In this document: positions 49,832 through 59,166 of the stretch, in pieces
Layout of the letters: each line of letters begins with the position of its first letter
Position numbering within the stretch: the first letter of the stretch is position 1
Origin: an uncultured Pelagibacteraceae bacterium
GTDB taxonomy: Bacteria > Pseudomonadota > Alphaproteobacteria > Pelagibacterales > Pelagibacteraceae
Direction: 5' to 3'
NCBI GenBank assembly: GCA_902592985.1
Contig: CACJGR010000002.1
Span: 65,800-129,799 of the forward strand
Length of the DNA stretch: 64,000 bases
The notes under the pieces: generated by a model
The model's input: only the letters and a program-made list of their open reading frames with translations
Database searches by the model: none
What the model was told of the DNA's origin: nothing
Translations under genes and position numbers: made by a program

Positions 49832-51274
49832 ATGTACGAAAATTTTGGTCAATTTATTGATGGTAAATGGCAACCTTCAGAAAAAAAAGAAACTTATGAA
49901 GTAATAAATCCTGCAACTGAAGAAGTTCTTGGTCATGCATCAAAAGCTACATCAGTAGATGTTGATAGAGCACTTAAATCTGCTGAAAAAGGTTTAGAAG
50001 TTTGGAAAAAAACATCTCCATGGAAAAGATCTTCAATTATTAGAAAAATTGCAGACCTAATTAGAAAAAAACAAGATGCGCTAGCAAAATGGATGACTTT
50101 AGAAGTCGGCAAACCTTTAGCTGAAGGAAAAGGTGAGGCAGGAGGATCGGCTGATATTTTTGAATGGAATTCTGAAGAGACAAAAAGAATTTATGGACAA
50201 ACAGTTGAAAGCAGATTTGAAGAAACAAGAGTACATGTCTACTATCAACCAGTTGGAGTTGTTGCAGCATTAGTACCATGGAATTTTCCTTTAATTTTAG
50301 CATCAAGAAAAATATCAACAGCATTAGCAGCTGGATGTTCCGTGATTTGTAAACCTGATGTTATTACTCCAGGAACAGTAATGGAGTTAGTAGATATTTG
50401 TCGTGAAGCAGGAGTTCCTCCAGGAGTAGTAAATTTGTTATCTGGTGACCCACCAAGTATAGCTTCGCAATTAATTTCATCAAATATAGTAAAAAAAATT
50501 TCAATTACTGGATCAACGAGAGTTGGAAAATTAATATTGAAGCAAGCGGCTGACAAAGTTCAAAGAGTTACAATGGAATTAAGTGGTCATTCCCCATTTA
50601 TTGTTTTTAATGATGCAGATCTACAAAAAGCAACAGATATGGCAATATCATCTAAGTACAGAAATAACGGACAAGTTTGTATTTCACCAAACCGATTTTA
50701 TATCCAAGAAAAGAAAAAAAAGGAATTCGTAAATTTATTCATAGAAAAAACAAAAAAATTAAAAATTGGCAATGGTATGGATCCTGACGTTCAATTAGGA
50801 CCACTAACAACTCAAAAGAGACTTAATGAAGTAGAAGAGTTAGTTGAAAAAACAAAACAAGAAGGTGCAAAAGTTCTTTTAGGTGGAAAAAGGCCAGCAG
50901 GATTTAATAAAGGTTTTTATTATGAACCAACAATATTTGATGATGTTCAAGATGATTTTACAATAATGAAACAAGAACCTTTTGGTCCTTTGGTGCCAAT
51001 GCTTTCTTTTAAAACATTTGATGAAGTGATAGAAAGAGCAAATAATAATGATCTTGGTCTTTGCAGTTATATTTGTACTAATTCAATGGAACAAGCTCAT
51101 CGAGCTTCAGAGTTAATGGAAACAGGAACAGTAGCAGTTAACACACCATTGGTTGCAATTGCTGAAGCACCGTTTGGCGGAATTAAACAAACTGGCTATG
51201 GAAGAGAAGGTGGCTCAATGGCAATTAAAGATTATTTAAATGTTAAATATACACACCTAGGAATAAAAGGTTAA
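49832..51274 (+). CDS. NAD(P)-dependent aldehyde dehydrogenase (succinate-/2-ketoglutarate-semialdehyde dehydrogenase-like)
   Basis: PWNFP, ITGSTRVG, MELSGH, GQVC catalytic Cys, EPFGP, PFGGIKQTG.GREG motifs. Confidence 0.9.
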   Translation: MYENFGQFIDGKWQPSEKKETYEVINPATEEVLGHASKATSVDVDRALKSAEKGLEVWKKTSPWKRSSIIRKIADLIRKKQDALAKWMTLEVGKPLAEGKGEAGGSADIFEWNSEETKRIYGQTVESRFEETRVHVYYQPVGVVAALVPWNFPLILASRKISTALAAGCSVICKPDVITPGTVMELVDICREAGVPPGVVNLLSGDPPSIASQLISSNIVKKISITGSTRVGKLILKQAADKVQRVTMELSGHSPFIVFNDADLQKATDMAISSKYRNNGQVCISPNRFYIQEKKKKEFVNLFIEKTKKLKIGNGMDPDVQLGPLTTQKRLNEVEELVEKTKQEGAKVLLGGKRPAGFNKGFYYEPTIFDDVQDDFTIMKQEPFGPLVPMLSFKTFDEVIERANNNDLGLCSYICTNSMEQAHRASELMETGTVAVNTPLVAIAEAPFGGIKQTGYGREGGSMAIKDYLNVKYTHLGIKG

Positions 51275-51285
51275 CTTTACATACA

Positions 51286-52125
51286 ATGAAATTGTTAAGA
51301 GTTGGAGACAAAGGAAGAGAAAAACCAGCAGTACTGGATAAAAATAATACAATTAGAGATCTGAGTTCCTATTTTTTTGATTTTCAATCTAAAAATTTAA
51401 ATTTTGAAACAATTTCAGAAATAAAAAATATGAATTTAGAAAAATTGCCAGAACTATCGAAAAATGAAAGGAAAGGGTCTTGCATAGGTAAACCAGGGAA
51501 ATTTATAGGCATTGGATTAAATTATTCAGATCATGCAACAGAAACTGGAGCAAAAGTTCCATCAGAACCAATTGTTTTTATGAAGGCAACAAGTTCAATT
51601 AGTGGACCAAACGATGATATTATAATGCCAAAAAACTCAAAAAAATTTGATTGGGAAGTGGAACTAGCTTTCGTTGTTGGAAAAGAAACAAAAAATATAT
51701 CAGAAAAAGAAGCGCCAAATCACATTTTAGGATACTGCATAGTAAACGATATTAGCGAGAGAGAATGGCAAATTGAAAAAATGGGACAATGGGTAAAAGG
51801 TAAATCAGGAGATACATTTGGACCAACTGGACCATACCTAGTAACTAAAGATGAAATTTCAGATATTAATAATTTAAATTTAAATTTAAATGTGAATGAA
51901 AAAAAAATGCAAGCTGGTAATACCAAAAATATGATCTTTAATACAAATTTTTTACTTTCCTATTTAAGTAAATTTATGTCTTTACAACCTGGAGATATTG
52001 TTACAACAGGAACACCAGCAGGAGTTGGCATGGGAATGAAGCCTCCCGTTTTTCTTAAGCCGGGTGACAAAATTAAACTATCTATAGATAATTTAGGCGA
52101 ACAAAGTTCAAAAGTTATAACTTAA
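51286..52125 (+). CDS. Fumarylacetoacetate hydrolase family protein
   Basis: IGLNY.DHA.E, DWEVEL, NDISERE.Q, KGKS.DTFGP.GP, TGTPAGVG motifs. Confidence 0.92.
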   Translation: MKLLRVGDKGREKPAVLDKNNTIRDLSSYFFDFQSKNLNFETISEIKNMNLEKLPELSKNERKGSCIGKPGKFIGIGLNYSDHATETGAKVPSEPIVFMKATSSISGPNDDIIMPKNSKKFDWEVELAFVVGKETKNISEKEAPNHILGYCIVNDISEREWQIEKMGQWVKGKSGDTFGPTGPYLVTKDEISDINNLNLNLNVNEKKMQAGNTKNMIFNTNFLLSYLSKFMSLQPGDIVTTGTPAGVGMGMKPPVFLKPGDKIKLSIDNLGEQSSKVIT

Positions 52126-52139
52126 TAAAAAAATAAATT

Positions 52140-52847
52140 ATGATTGAATTATTCATTGCGCTAGGTGCTGGATTAATAAGTTTCTTATCGCCCTGTGTTT
52201 TACCGTTAATACCAGGTTATATTTCCTTTATTTCAGGACAATCATTAAATGAACTAGTTGAAAGCAAAAAAATAAATTTAATTCCATTATTTTTATTTTC
52301 TTTAGGTTTTTCATTTATATTTATAATATTTGGTGCGACTGCTTCTGTTTTGGGAAAGCTTTTGCTTCAAAACTCAGATCAATTAAGAATTATCGCTGGA
52401 TTAATTATTATAATTTTTTCTTTACAACTGCTTGGGATAATTAATATTAAATTTCTCAATTATGAAAAAAGATACTATACAAACAAATCAACAAAACCAT
52501 TATTTACATTTATTGTTGGTATGGCATTTGGGTTTGGATGGACTCCTTGTATTGGACCTATATTAGGATCTATTCTTGCCTTGGCATCAACAGAAGAAAG
52601 TATTTTTAGAGCAGTTATATTGCTTAGTTTTTATTCTTTAGGCCTTGCTATTCCCTTTGTACTGTCTGGCTTTTTAATTCAAAAATTTTTATTATTTTCA
52701 AAAAATTTCAAAAAAAATATCAATATAGTTTCAAAAATAGGTGGAATAATTTTGCTTACAACTGGTATTTTGATCATAACAAATCAATTGCAAAGCTTAG
52801 GTTATTACATTCTAAATATTTTTCCTTTTTTTCAGAATTTTGGATAG
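52140..52847 (+). CDS. ccdA: Cytochrome c biogenesis protein CcdA
   Basis: SFLSPCVLPL.P and FGWTPCIGPIL redox-Cys motifs; 6 TM. Confidence 0.93.
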   Translation: MIELFIALGAGLISFLSPCVLPLIPGYISFISGQSLNELVESKKINLIPLFLFSLGFSFIFIIFGATASVLGKLLLQNSDQLRIIAGLIIIIFSLQLLGIINIKFLNYEKRYYTNKSTKPLFTFIVGMAFGFGWTPCIGPILGSILALASTEESIFRAVILLSFYSLGLAIPFVLSGFLIQKFLLFSKNFKKNINIVSKIGGIILLTTGILIITNQLQSLGYYILNIFPFFQNFG

Positions 52848-52849
52848 TT

Positions 52850-53692
52850 TTAAAAAATTTTTAAGCCCGCTATACCTAAAAAAATTAAAATTATTGATAT
52901 TATTTTATATATAGAAATTTTTTCATTTAAGAAAAACATTCCAATAATAACTGAAAAAATAATTCCAGTCTCTCTTAAAGCGCCAACTAAAGGAATAGGG
53001 GCCTTAGTGAAGCCCCAAACAATAATTGCATAAACTATATATGATATTGTTCCTCCAAACCAAAAAATATGCTTTGCTTCTTTCATAACATGGCTAAATA
53101 TATTTGAATAATTCATAAATTTTAGGGTGAATGGAAATATCATTGCATTTAAAATAAAAGACCAACTTAAAAAACTTAAAGGAGCCAAACTTATTCTTGC
53201 GCCATAACCATCTATTAAAGAATACAATCCTATAAAAAAACCAGTAGCTAATGAATAAAAAATGACTTTTTTATCTTTTAGCGAACTTTCACCTAGCAAG
53301 CCTAGAAAAATTATTCCAAAAGAAATTAAAACTATTGAAACAATTTGAAATTTTTCAATTAAAACACCTAATAGCCCTATTGAAATTAAGGTTGCTATTA
53401 TTGGCCCTGTTCCTCTTGCAATAGGGTAAACTTTAGTCAAATCTCCAATTTTATAAGCAGATATTAAATACCATTGATAACCTTGGTGTATAAGTGCACT
53501 TAAAATTATATAAGGCACACTTTCAACAGTAGGCAAAGGCACAAATAACATGACAACAAGTGCCATTGGAACATGTCCAAACACTATTGCAGAAACAGAA
53601 ATAACTTTATTTCTATGTTTTTTTACCATTCCGTTCCAAGTAGAATGTAAAATTGCAGCCATCATTACGGCCATAAATACAGTAATGTCCAT
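52850..53692 (-). CDS. DMT (EamA) family transporter
   Basis: AA.LH..WN, YPIARG, ALRETGI motifs; about 10 TM. Confidence 0.9.
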   Translation of the reverse strand: MDITVFMAVMMAAILHSTWNGMVKKHRNKVISVSAIVFGHVPMALVVMLFVPLPTVESVPYIILSALIHQGYQWYLISAYKIGDLTKVYPIARGTGPIIATLISIGLLGVLIEKFQIVSIVLISFGIIFLGLLGESSLKDKKVIFYSLATGFFIGLYSLIDGYGARISLAPLSFLSWSFILNAMIFPFTLKFMNYSNIFSHVMKEAKHIFWFGGTISYIVYAIIVWGFTKAPIPLVGALRETGIIFSVIIGMFFLNEKISIYKIISIILIFLGIAGLKIF

Positions 53693-53781
53693 GTTTAGAG
53701 TGTAGACTTTTTGTATCTTTTTAAATAGTTTAATTAATTGTTATATTTAAAAGAAAGTATTAAAAAAAATCAATTTATAAA

Positions 53782-54675
53782 ATGAAAGATCAAAGTTTAC
53801 TCCAACAAAAATTGTTAGATAAAACTTTTGTATATACTGCAGAGACAACTCCACCAGATGCATCTGACAAAGAAACGTTGTTAAAAAATGTAATGCCATT
53901 AAAAGGTGTTGCTGATGCTGTTAATGTTACTGATAGTCCAGGTGCAAAAGCACACATGTCTTCACTAACCGCTTCAATTATTTTGGCCCAGAATGCTATA
54001 GACCCAATATTGCAGTTAACTGTGCGAGATCGAAATCGTTTAGCTTTACAAGGTGATTTAATAGGAGCATCAGCCTTAGGTGTAAACAATATACTTTGTT
54101 TAGGAGGAGATGATCCAAAAAATGGCGATCAACCAGAAACCAAAATTGTAAATGATATTGATAGTTTAACTTTGGTTTCAACAGCAAATATGATGCGCAA
54201 AGAGAAAAAGTTTCCATCAGGAAGAACAATAGAACCTTCTCCAAAACTATTTATAGGAGGAGCAGAAGTTCCAACCAGAGGAAAACCTAACCCTAATAAA
54301 ATTTTAAACAAAATCGAAAAAGGTGTAGATTTTTTTCAAACCCAGTATGTTTTTGATTCAAAAGTATTAAGCGAATATATGAAAGTTTTAGGTGATGAAG
54401 GAATTTTAGAGAAAACAAATTTTATAATTGGCTTAGGTCCATTTGCTTCAGCAAAAAGTGCAAAATGGATGAATGAAAATTTATTTGGCGTTGATGTGCC
54501 AGATCAAATCATTAAGAGATTAGAAGGCGCGGAAAATCAAAAAGAAGAAAGTAAAAAAATATGCATTGAATTAATTGAAATTTATCGAAATATACAAGGT
54601 GTCAAAGGAGTTCATCTTATGGGACATAAAAAAGAAGAAGTCATAAGCGAGATTATAAAAAAATCAAAAAAATAA
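53782..54675 (+). CDS. metF: Methylenetetrahydrofolate reductase
   Basis: TAE.TPP, NVTD, RDRNR.ALQ, L.GD.P..GD.P, FFQTQ, GVH.M motifs. Confidence 0.88.
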   Translation: MKDQSLLQQKLLDKTFVYTAETTPPDASDKETLLKNVMPLKGVADAVNVTDSPGAKAHMSSLTASIILAQNAIDPILQLTVRDRNRLALQGDLIGASALGVNNILCLGGDDPKNGDQPETKIVNDIDSLTLVSTANMMRKEKKFPSGRTIEPSPKLFIGGAEVPTRGKPNPNKILNKIEKGVDFFQTQYVFDSKVLSEYMKVLGDEGILEKTNFIIGLGPFASAKSAKWMNENLFGVDVPDQIIKRLEGAENQKEESKKICIELIEIYRNIQGVKGVHLMGHKKEEVISEIIKKSKK

Positions 54676-54694
54676 AAAAATTAATGAATATAAA

Positions 54695-55249
54695 ATGAAC
54701 GAACTAAATCCTGAATTAGTTAAAGATTTTTCTGAAGCTCAAGAATTAACTGGTAAAAAAAAATATCATGAGTCTATTAAAAGATATGAAATAATTTTAA
54801 AAAAATATCCAAATCTTGTCACAGCAATTTATAATATAGGTTTAAACTATGAACACTTAGGATTATTAGATAAGTCACTTTATTATTATCAATTGTGCTG
54901 TGATAAAGCTCCAAAACAAAAAGTTCTTTTAAATGGTCTTGGGAATATTTATTATCTACAAAAGAATTATTTAAAGGCCATTGAAATATTTGAGCAATCT
55001 TATAATATAGATAATAGACAAGAAAATATGATTGAGAGGTTAGCTTCGTCTTTGGTTGAAGCAAAGTTTACAAAAAGAGCTGAATTATTTTTAAAAGACA
55101 CCTTAAAAGTATTTCCAAACAATACTTATTTAAATAGTTTGATGGGATACAATTTGTTATCACTTAATCGTCATAAAGAAGGTCTTGATTTTATAAAAAA
55201 AGGAACTGGATTTATAGAATTTAATAATGATTCCATGAAAATTATATAA
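54695..55249 (+). CDS. Tetratricopeptide repeat protein
   Basis: Repeated TPR patterns (YNIGLNY..LG...A/S; LGNIYY....Y..A...F). Confidence 0.85.
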   Translation: MNELNPELVKDFSEAQELTGKKKYHESIKRYEIILKKYPNLVTAIYNIGLNYEHLGLLDKSLYYYQLCCDKAPKQKVLLNGLGNIYYLQKNYLKAIEIFEQSYNIDNRQENMIERLASSLVEAKFTKRAELFLKDTLKVFPNNTYLNSLMGYNLLSLNRHKEGLDFIKKGTGFIEFNNDSMKII

Positions 55250-55253
55250 ATTT

Positions 55254-55853
55254 ATGAAAAAAATTTCCACTGTAAGCAACAAATCTCCAAACTTTATAGG
55301 TAGTTGGAATATAGAAAATGATGAATTGTGCAAAGGTATTATAAAATTTTTTGAGGAAAATAAATCTATGCACAAAGCAGGACTAACAGCACTTGGATAC
55401 GATCCAAAACTTAAACAAACAACAGATATAACTATTCAGCCTTCAGATTTAAAAAATTCAAAATATTCATTATTTGTTTCATATTTTAACTTACTAAAAG
55501 ATTGTTTTTTAAACTATAGAAGCCAATATCCTTTTTTAAAACATCGTTTTTTTGATAGAACTCATGTTGGTAATTTTAATGTTCAAAAATATAATTCTGG
55601 AGACCATTTTTCATCACTTCATTCTGAAAGAACCAGCATAGATGCTATTCATAGATTATTCGCATGGATGACTTATTTAAATGATGTTGATGATGGTGGT
55701 ACAACAAATTTTGAGTATTATGATATTAAAATTAAACCTGAAATTGGAAAAACATTAATTTGGCCAGCTGAGTGGACACATGCACATACAGGATCAATTT
55801 TAAAAAGCGGAACTAAATATATTATTACTGGTTGGATACAATTTTCGGGTTAG
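55254..55853 (+). CDS. 2OG-Fe(II) oxygenase (prolyl-hydroxylase-like)
   Basis: QKY, H.E metal ligands, YLNDV..GG.T.F, WPA.WTH.H.G, KYIITGW motifs. Confidence 0.9.
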   Translation: MKKISTVSNKSPNFIGSWNIENDELCKGIIKFFEENKSMHKAGLTALGYDPKLKQTTDITIQPSDLKNSKYSLFVSYFNLLKDCFLNYRSQYPFLKHRFFDRTHVGNFNVQKYNSGDHFSSLHSERTSIDAIHRLFAWMTYLNDVDDGGTTNFEYYDIKIKPEIGKTLIWPAEWTHAHTGSILKSGTKYIITGWIQFSG

Positions 55854-55855
55854 AG

Positions 55856-56998
55856 TTAACTTTTTGACAATGTCGAAATTGTAGATAATAAGCCATCTTT
55901 ATCTGCGTAACATCCTTGTAGCCAACGACTTCCTACTGCCAAATAAGCAGTTCTTGCATGAAGAACTCTTGTGTTATCTAGTATAAAACAATCTCCTGGA
56001 TTTAATTTAAAATTTACACTCATTTTTGGATCATCAATTATGCTAGAAAATTTTCTATAAGCTTTATAGTAATCATCCATATCACGATAAGGAATATCAG
56101 TGATAGGGGCTATAGAACGGTTATTAAAATGAATTGCTATTAGTTCACTATCAGATGATAAGTTAATTATTGGAAATCGAGATTTTAAATGAACATTTTT
56201 TTTTATTTTAAATTCGAAACGTGAACAATATTTTGAAAGCAAACTAAAATATTTTTTGTTTTCTTTTTTCAATCTTAGTGCAGCTTTAAAACCATCTACA
56301 ACTTTGGAATCCCCTCCTTTGGTTGAACTTTTTAAACAATGAAGAATTTGTATTGTAGGTACTGGATCTCTATAAGGATTATCAGTGTGCGCTTTTAAAG
56401 CAAGGTTTGTATAAGCTAAATTGACTGCATTAGTTTTTGACTTTACGTCAAACCATTTACCATAATTAGTTTCGCGCACATATCCAAAAAGTTTTGCTAT
56501 TTTTATAACTGTTCCAGATTTTTTTTCACAACCAACCATTTTTGCAAAACCATAACAATGAAGAGACTTAAGCCATTTATGAAATGACTTTTTATTTGAT
56601 TTTGTTTTTTTATAATTAATTATTGGAATATTTTTTAAAGAAGCCTTTGTCCAAGTTTTTAAATCAGGATCAATCCAAACTTTTGAATTGCTCTGTTTTT
56701 TATCATAAGCGTGTTTTTCAAGCCAACTAGAAGAAAATTTAACTTGTTTTTTTTTAGGTAAAAAATTTATAATAATTTCTTTACCTTTTTTACTGAGTGA
56801 AGCAGATTTAATATATGTTGTAACAGGTATATCAGAAATAGAAATTAAACGTTGGCCGTTTTTTTTATCTCTTGTTTTGGAATCTAAAGCATTGTCTCTT
56901 AACCAAGTAGAATGATATCGAAGAGGTGTTTTATATTTTCGAGATAAAAGAATAGCTTTTCCAGAATTTATAACTTTGACCGATTTAAATAAACTCAT
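55856..56998 (-). CDS. TauD/BBOX-family Fe(II)/2OG dioxygenase, TmpA-like (2-trimethylaminoethylphosphonate dioxygenase) or gamma-butyrobetaine dioxygenase
   Basis: WLRDN...T....NGQR, FGYVRETNYG, NLAYT..AL.AHTDNPYRDPVP, DN.RVLHAR, RWLQGCYADKDGLLST. Family is secure; substrate is inferred. Confidence 0.8.
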   Translation of the reverse strand: MSLFKSVKVINSGKAILLSRKYKTPLRYHSTWLRDNALDSKTRDKKNGQRLISISDIPVTTYIKSASLSKKGKEIIINFLPKKKQVKFSSSWLEKHAYDKKQSNSKVWIDPDLKTWTKASLKNIPIINYKKTKSNKKSFHKWLKSLHCYGFAKMVGCEKKSGTVIKIAKLFGYVRETNYGKWFDVKSKTNAVNLAYTNLALKAHTDNPYRDPVPTIQILHCLKSSTKGGDSKVVDGFKAALRLKKENKKYFSLLSKYCSRFEFKIKKNVHLKSRFPIINLSSDSELIAIHFNNRSIAPITDIPYRDMDDYYKAYRKFSSIIDDPKMSVNFKLNPGDCFILDNTRVLHARTAYLAVGSRWLQGCYADKDGLLSTISTLSKS

Positions 56999-57021
56999 CT
57001 TATTAGATAATTAAGTAATTT

Positions 57022-57879
57022 CTAATTTTTTTTTTTATTAAATACTATCATAATCACTCCAAGAAGAATAATAGCACCACCAATAAATAACTCTTTAGTT
57101 GGCTCTTCTCCAAGAATAAAAATTGCCGCTAATAATCCAGTAAGTGGTATACCCATAGTAACTATAGGCAAGACTTTGTATAAAGGGTTATTTTTTAAAA
57201 CATAATAAAAACAGCCATATGATATTGGCTGCATAATAAATCCTAAATAAATCGCAATTATCCAACTGTTTAAACTTGCTGTTTTAAAGTAGTTAATTGT
57301 ATTTCCATCAAAAATAACAGAAAAAGTTATTAGTATTGGACCAGAAAATAAAGCTAACCAAGCAACAAGAGCTAACGGATTTATTTCTTTACTTAATGGT
57401 TTGACCAAAACTTGTCCCAAAGCCCAAATACCCGCTCCTGTAACTGTTAAGGCCGCACCAATAAATTTACCTTCTAGATTAGGTGAGCCAGTTAAAATAT
57501 AAATACCAATAAATGCAATACTTATTCCTATTAAACTTCTGATTGTTGGTTTTTCTTTCAGCATAAAATATGCAAATACAACACCAAAAATAACTTCCAT
57601 TTGGACAAGCAATACTGCGGCCGAAGCATCTATCATGCTTAAACCTGTGTATGTAATGCCATACTGCAATGTGTTGGCTATAAAGGAGACAATAAATATT
57701 TTTTTAAGAAAGCCCCTTGGTATTGGAAACCACCAAATTAATATTGATGCTGCAAAAGTAAATCTTAAACCCATCAAAAGAAAAGGAGGGAAGTGTTCCA
57801 TTGCTGGCTTAGCAATTACAAAACCAAAACCTAAAAAAATTGGAACTAGTGAAGCTAAAAATGTATCTTTGAGATTCAA
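57022..57879 (-). CDS. DMT (EamA) family transporter (TTG start)
   Basis: About 10 TM; PPFLL..LRF and LGE.P motifs. Confidence 0.88.
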   Translation of the reverse strand: MNLKDTFLASLVPIFLGFGFVIAKPAMEHFPPFLLMGLRFTFAASILIWWFPIPRGFLKKIFIVSFIANTLQYGITYTGLSMIDASAAVLLVQMEVIFGVVFAYFMLKEKPTIRSLIGISIAFIGIYILTGSPNLEGKFIGAALTVTGAGIWALGQVLVKPLSKEINPLALVAWLALFSGPILITFSVIFDGNTINYFKTASLNSWIIAIYLGFIMQPISYGCFYYVLKNNPLYKVLPIVTMGIPLTGLLAAIFILGEEPTKELFIGGAIILLGVIMIVFNKKKN

Positions 57880-57918
57880 ATTTTACTCTCTTTACAAAGT
57901 TTTGAGAGCATTAATAAA

Positions 57919-59109
57919 TTATTTTATAGGAATCTGTTTTTTTGGATCGAAGAAAGGCAATGGTACAACCTTTGCCTTTAGATCAGCATAAGGAGATCTA
58001 ATTACAAATTCTGTATCATTTTTTGTATAGTCTATAGGAATAAAAGCATAACCTATGTTTTTCTCTAATCTTGGTGAAAAGCATTTTGATGTAACATAAC
58101 CAATTTCATTTTTATCATCAAATATTGGCCAATGATCTGGAACAAAGTATCCAGGTGTATATTCTGGTGGAACAACCTTGCTTATAGGGTCACCAAGAAT
58201 TTCGATACCAACTAATTTTCTTTTTATTCCTTCTTGTTTAATTTTTTTAAGCGATTCTTTACCGACAAAATCAGCTTCCATTTCAAGATCAACAAGTCTA
58301 TCCATTCCAATCTCAAAAGGATTGTCAGTTACACGCATATCTTGAAAATATGAAAAAATTCCAGCTTCAACTCTTCTTATTTGGGAAGGGCCAGTCGGTG
58401 CAATTTTATGTTTTTCTCCAGCGGCCATTATCATTTCATAAAGTTCAGCACCTTTTTTTCCATCACGTAAGTAAACTTCATAACCAATTTCACCGCTCCA
58501 CCCAGTTCTAGAAATTACTACCGGAATGCCTTTGATTTCTGTTTGTTTACACCAATAATATTTTAAATCATTAATCCATGAGCCAAATAATTCAGACATT
58601 AATGCTCTTGATTTTGGACCTTGTACTTGTAGAGGAGAAACGTCTGGTTCTTTTAGTTCGATATCATATTTACCTTTGCCCGCTACACCCATAGCCCAAA
58701 GCAAAAGATCACTATCTGAAATTGAGTACCACCAGTGATCTTTACCAATTCTTAGTAAAATAGGATCACTAAGGATTCCACCTTCATAGTTTGTATTTAA
58801 AACATATTTACATTGATCAACTTGACAATCAGATAAATTTCTTGGTGTTAATAACTGAGTAAATTTTGTTGCATCAGGACCCGTAATTTCAACTTGTCTT
58901 TCAACTGAAACATCCCAAAGAGTGACATCGTTAACTAAGCTCCAAAAATCTTCTTCAGGCGTGTTATAATAAACTGGGAAATACATATGATTGTATGTTG
59001 TATATTCTTTACAGCCCCATTTTAAAGTTGATTCGAAGAAAGGAGATTTTCTAATTCTGGTACCAAATCCCAGATAGGGTTTTGGTGGAGTGTTACTTCT
59101 TGTAGCCAT
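57919..59109 (-). CDS. GcvT-family THF-dependent demethylase, DmdA-related paralogue
   Basis: R.SP, YNHM..P, WDV..ERQVEI.G.DA, DP.LL, S..DSD...W..G, QGP, RTGWSGE.GYE motifs. Confidence 0.85.
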   Translation of the reverse strand: MATRSNTPPKPYLGFGTRIRKSPFFESTLKWGCKEYTTYNHMYFPVYYNTPEEDFWSLVNDVTLWDVSVERQVEITGPDATKFTQLLTPRNLSDCQVDQCKYVLNTNYEGGILSDPILLRIGKDHWWYSISDSDLLLWAMGVAGKGKYDIELKEPDVSPLQVQGPKSRALMSELFGSWINDLKYYWCKQTEIKGIPVVISRTGWSGEIGYEVYLRDGKKGAELYEMIMAAGEKHKIAPTGPSQIRRVEAGIFSYFQDMRVTDNPFEIGMDRLVDLEMEADFVGKESLKKIKQEGIKRKLVGIEILGDPISKVVPPEYTPGYFVPDHWPIFDDKNEIGYVTSKCFSPRLEKNIGYAFIPIDYTKNDTEFVIRSPYADLKAKVVPLPFFDPKKQIPIK

Positions 59110-59166
59110 AAATTTTCCCTAAAATCGGAACCTGCTTTATTTTTTTTTTACTGTCAATAAAAATAG

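Noticed and set aside
59110-59166. Glycine or SAM riboswitch upstream of the GcvT-family genes (also checked 61597-61687 and the metF leader 53693-53781)
   Set aside because: The spacers are short and nearly pure A/T, with no recognisable aptamer cores by eye; an Infernal scan would be definitive.
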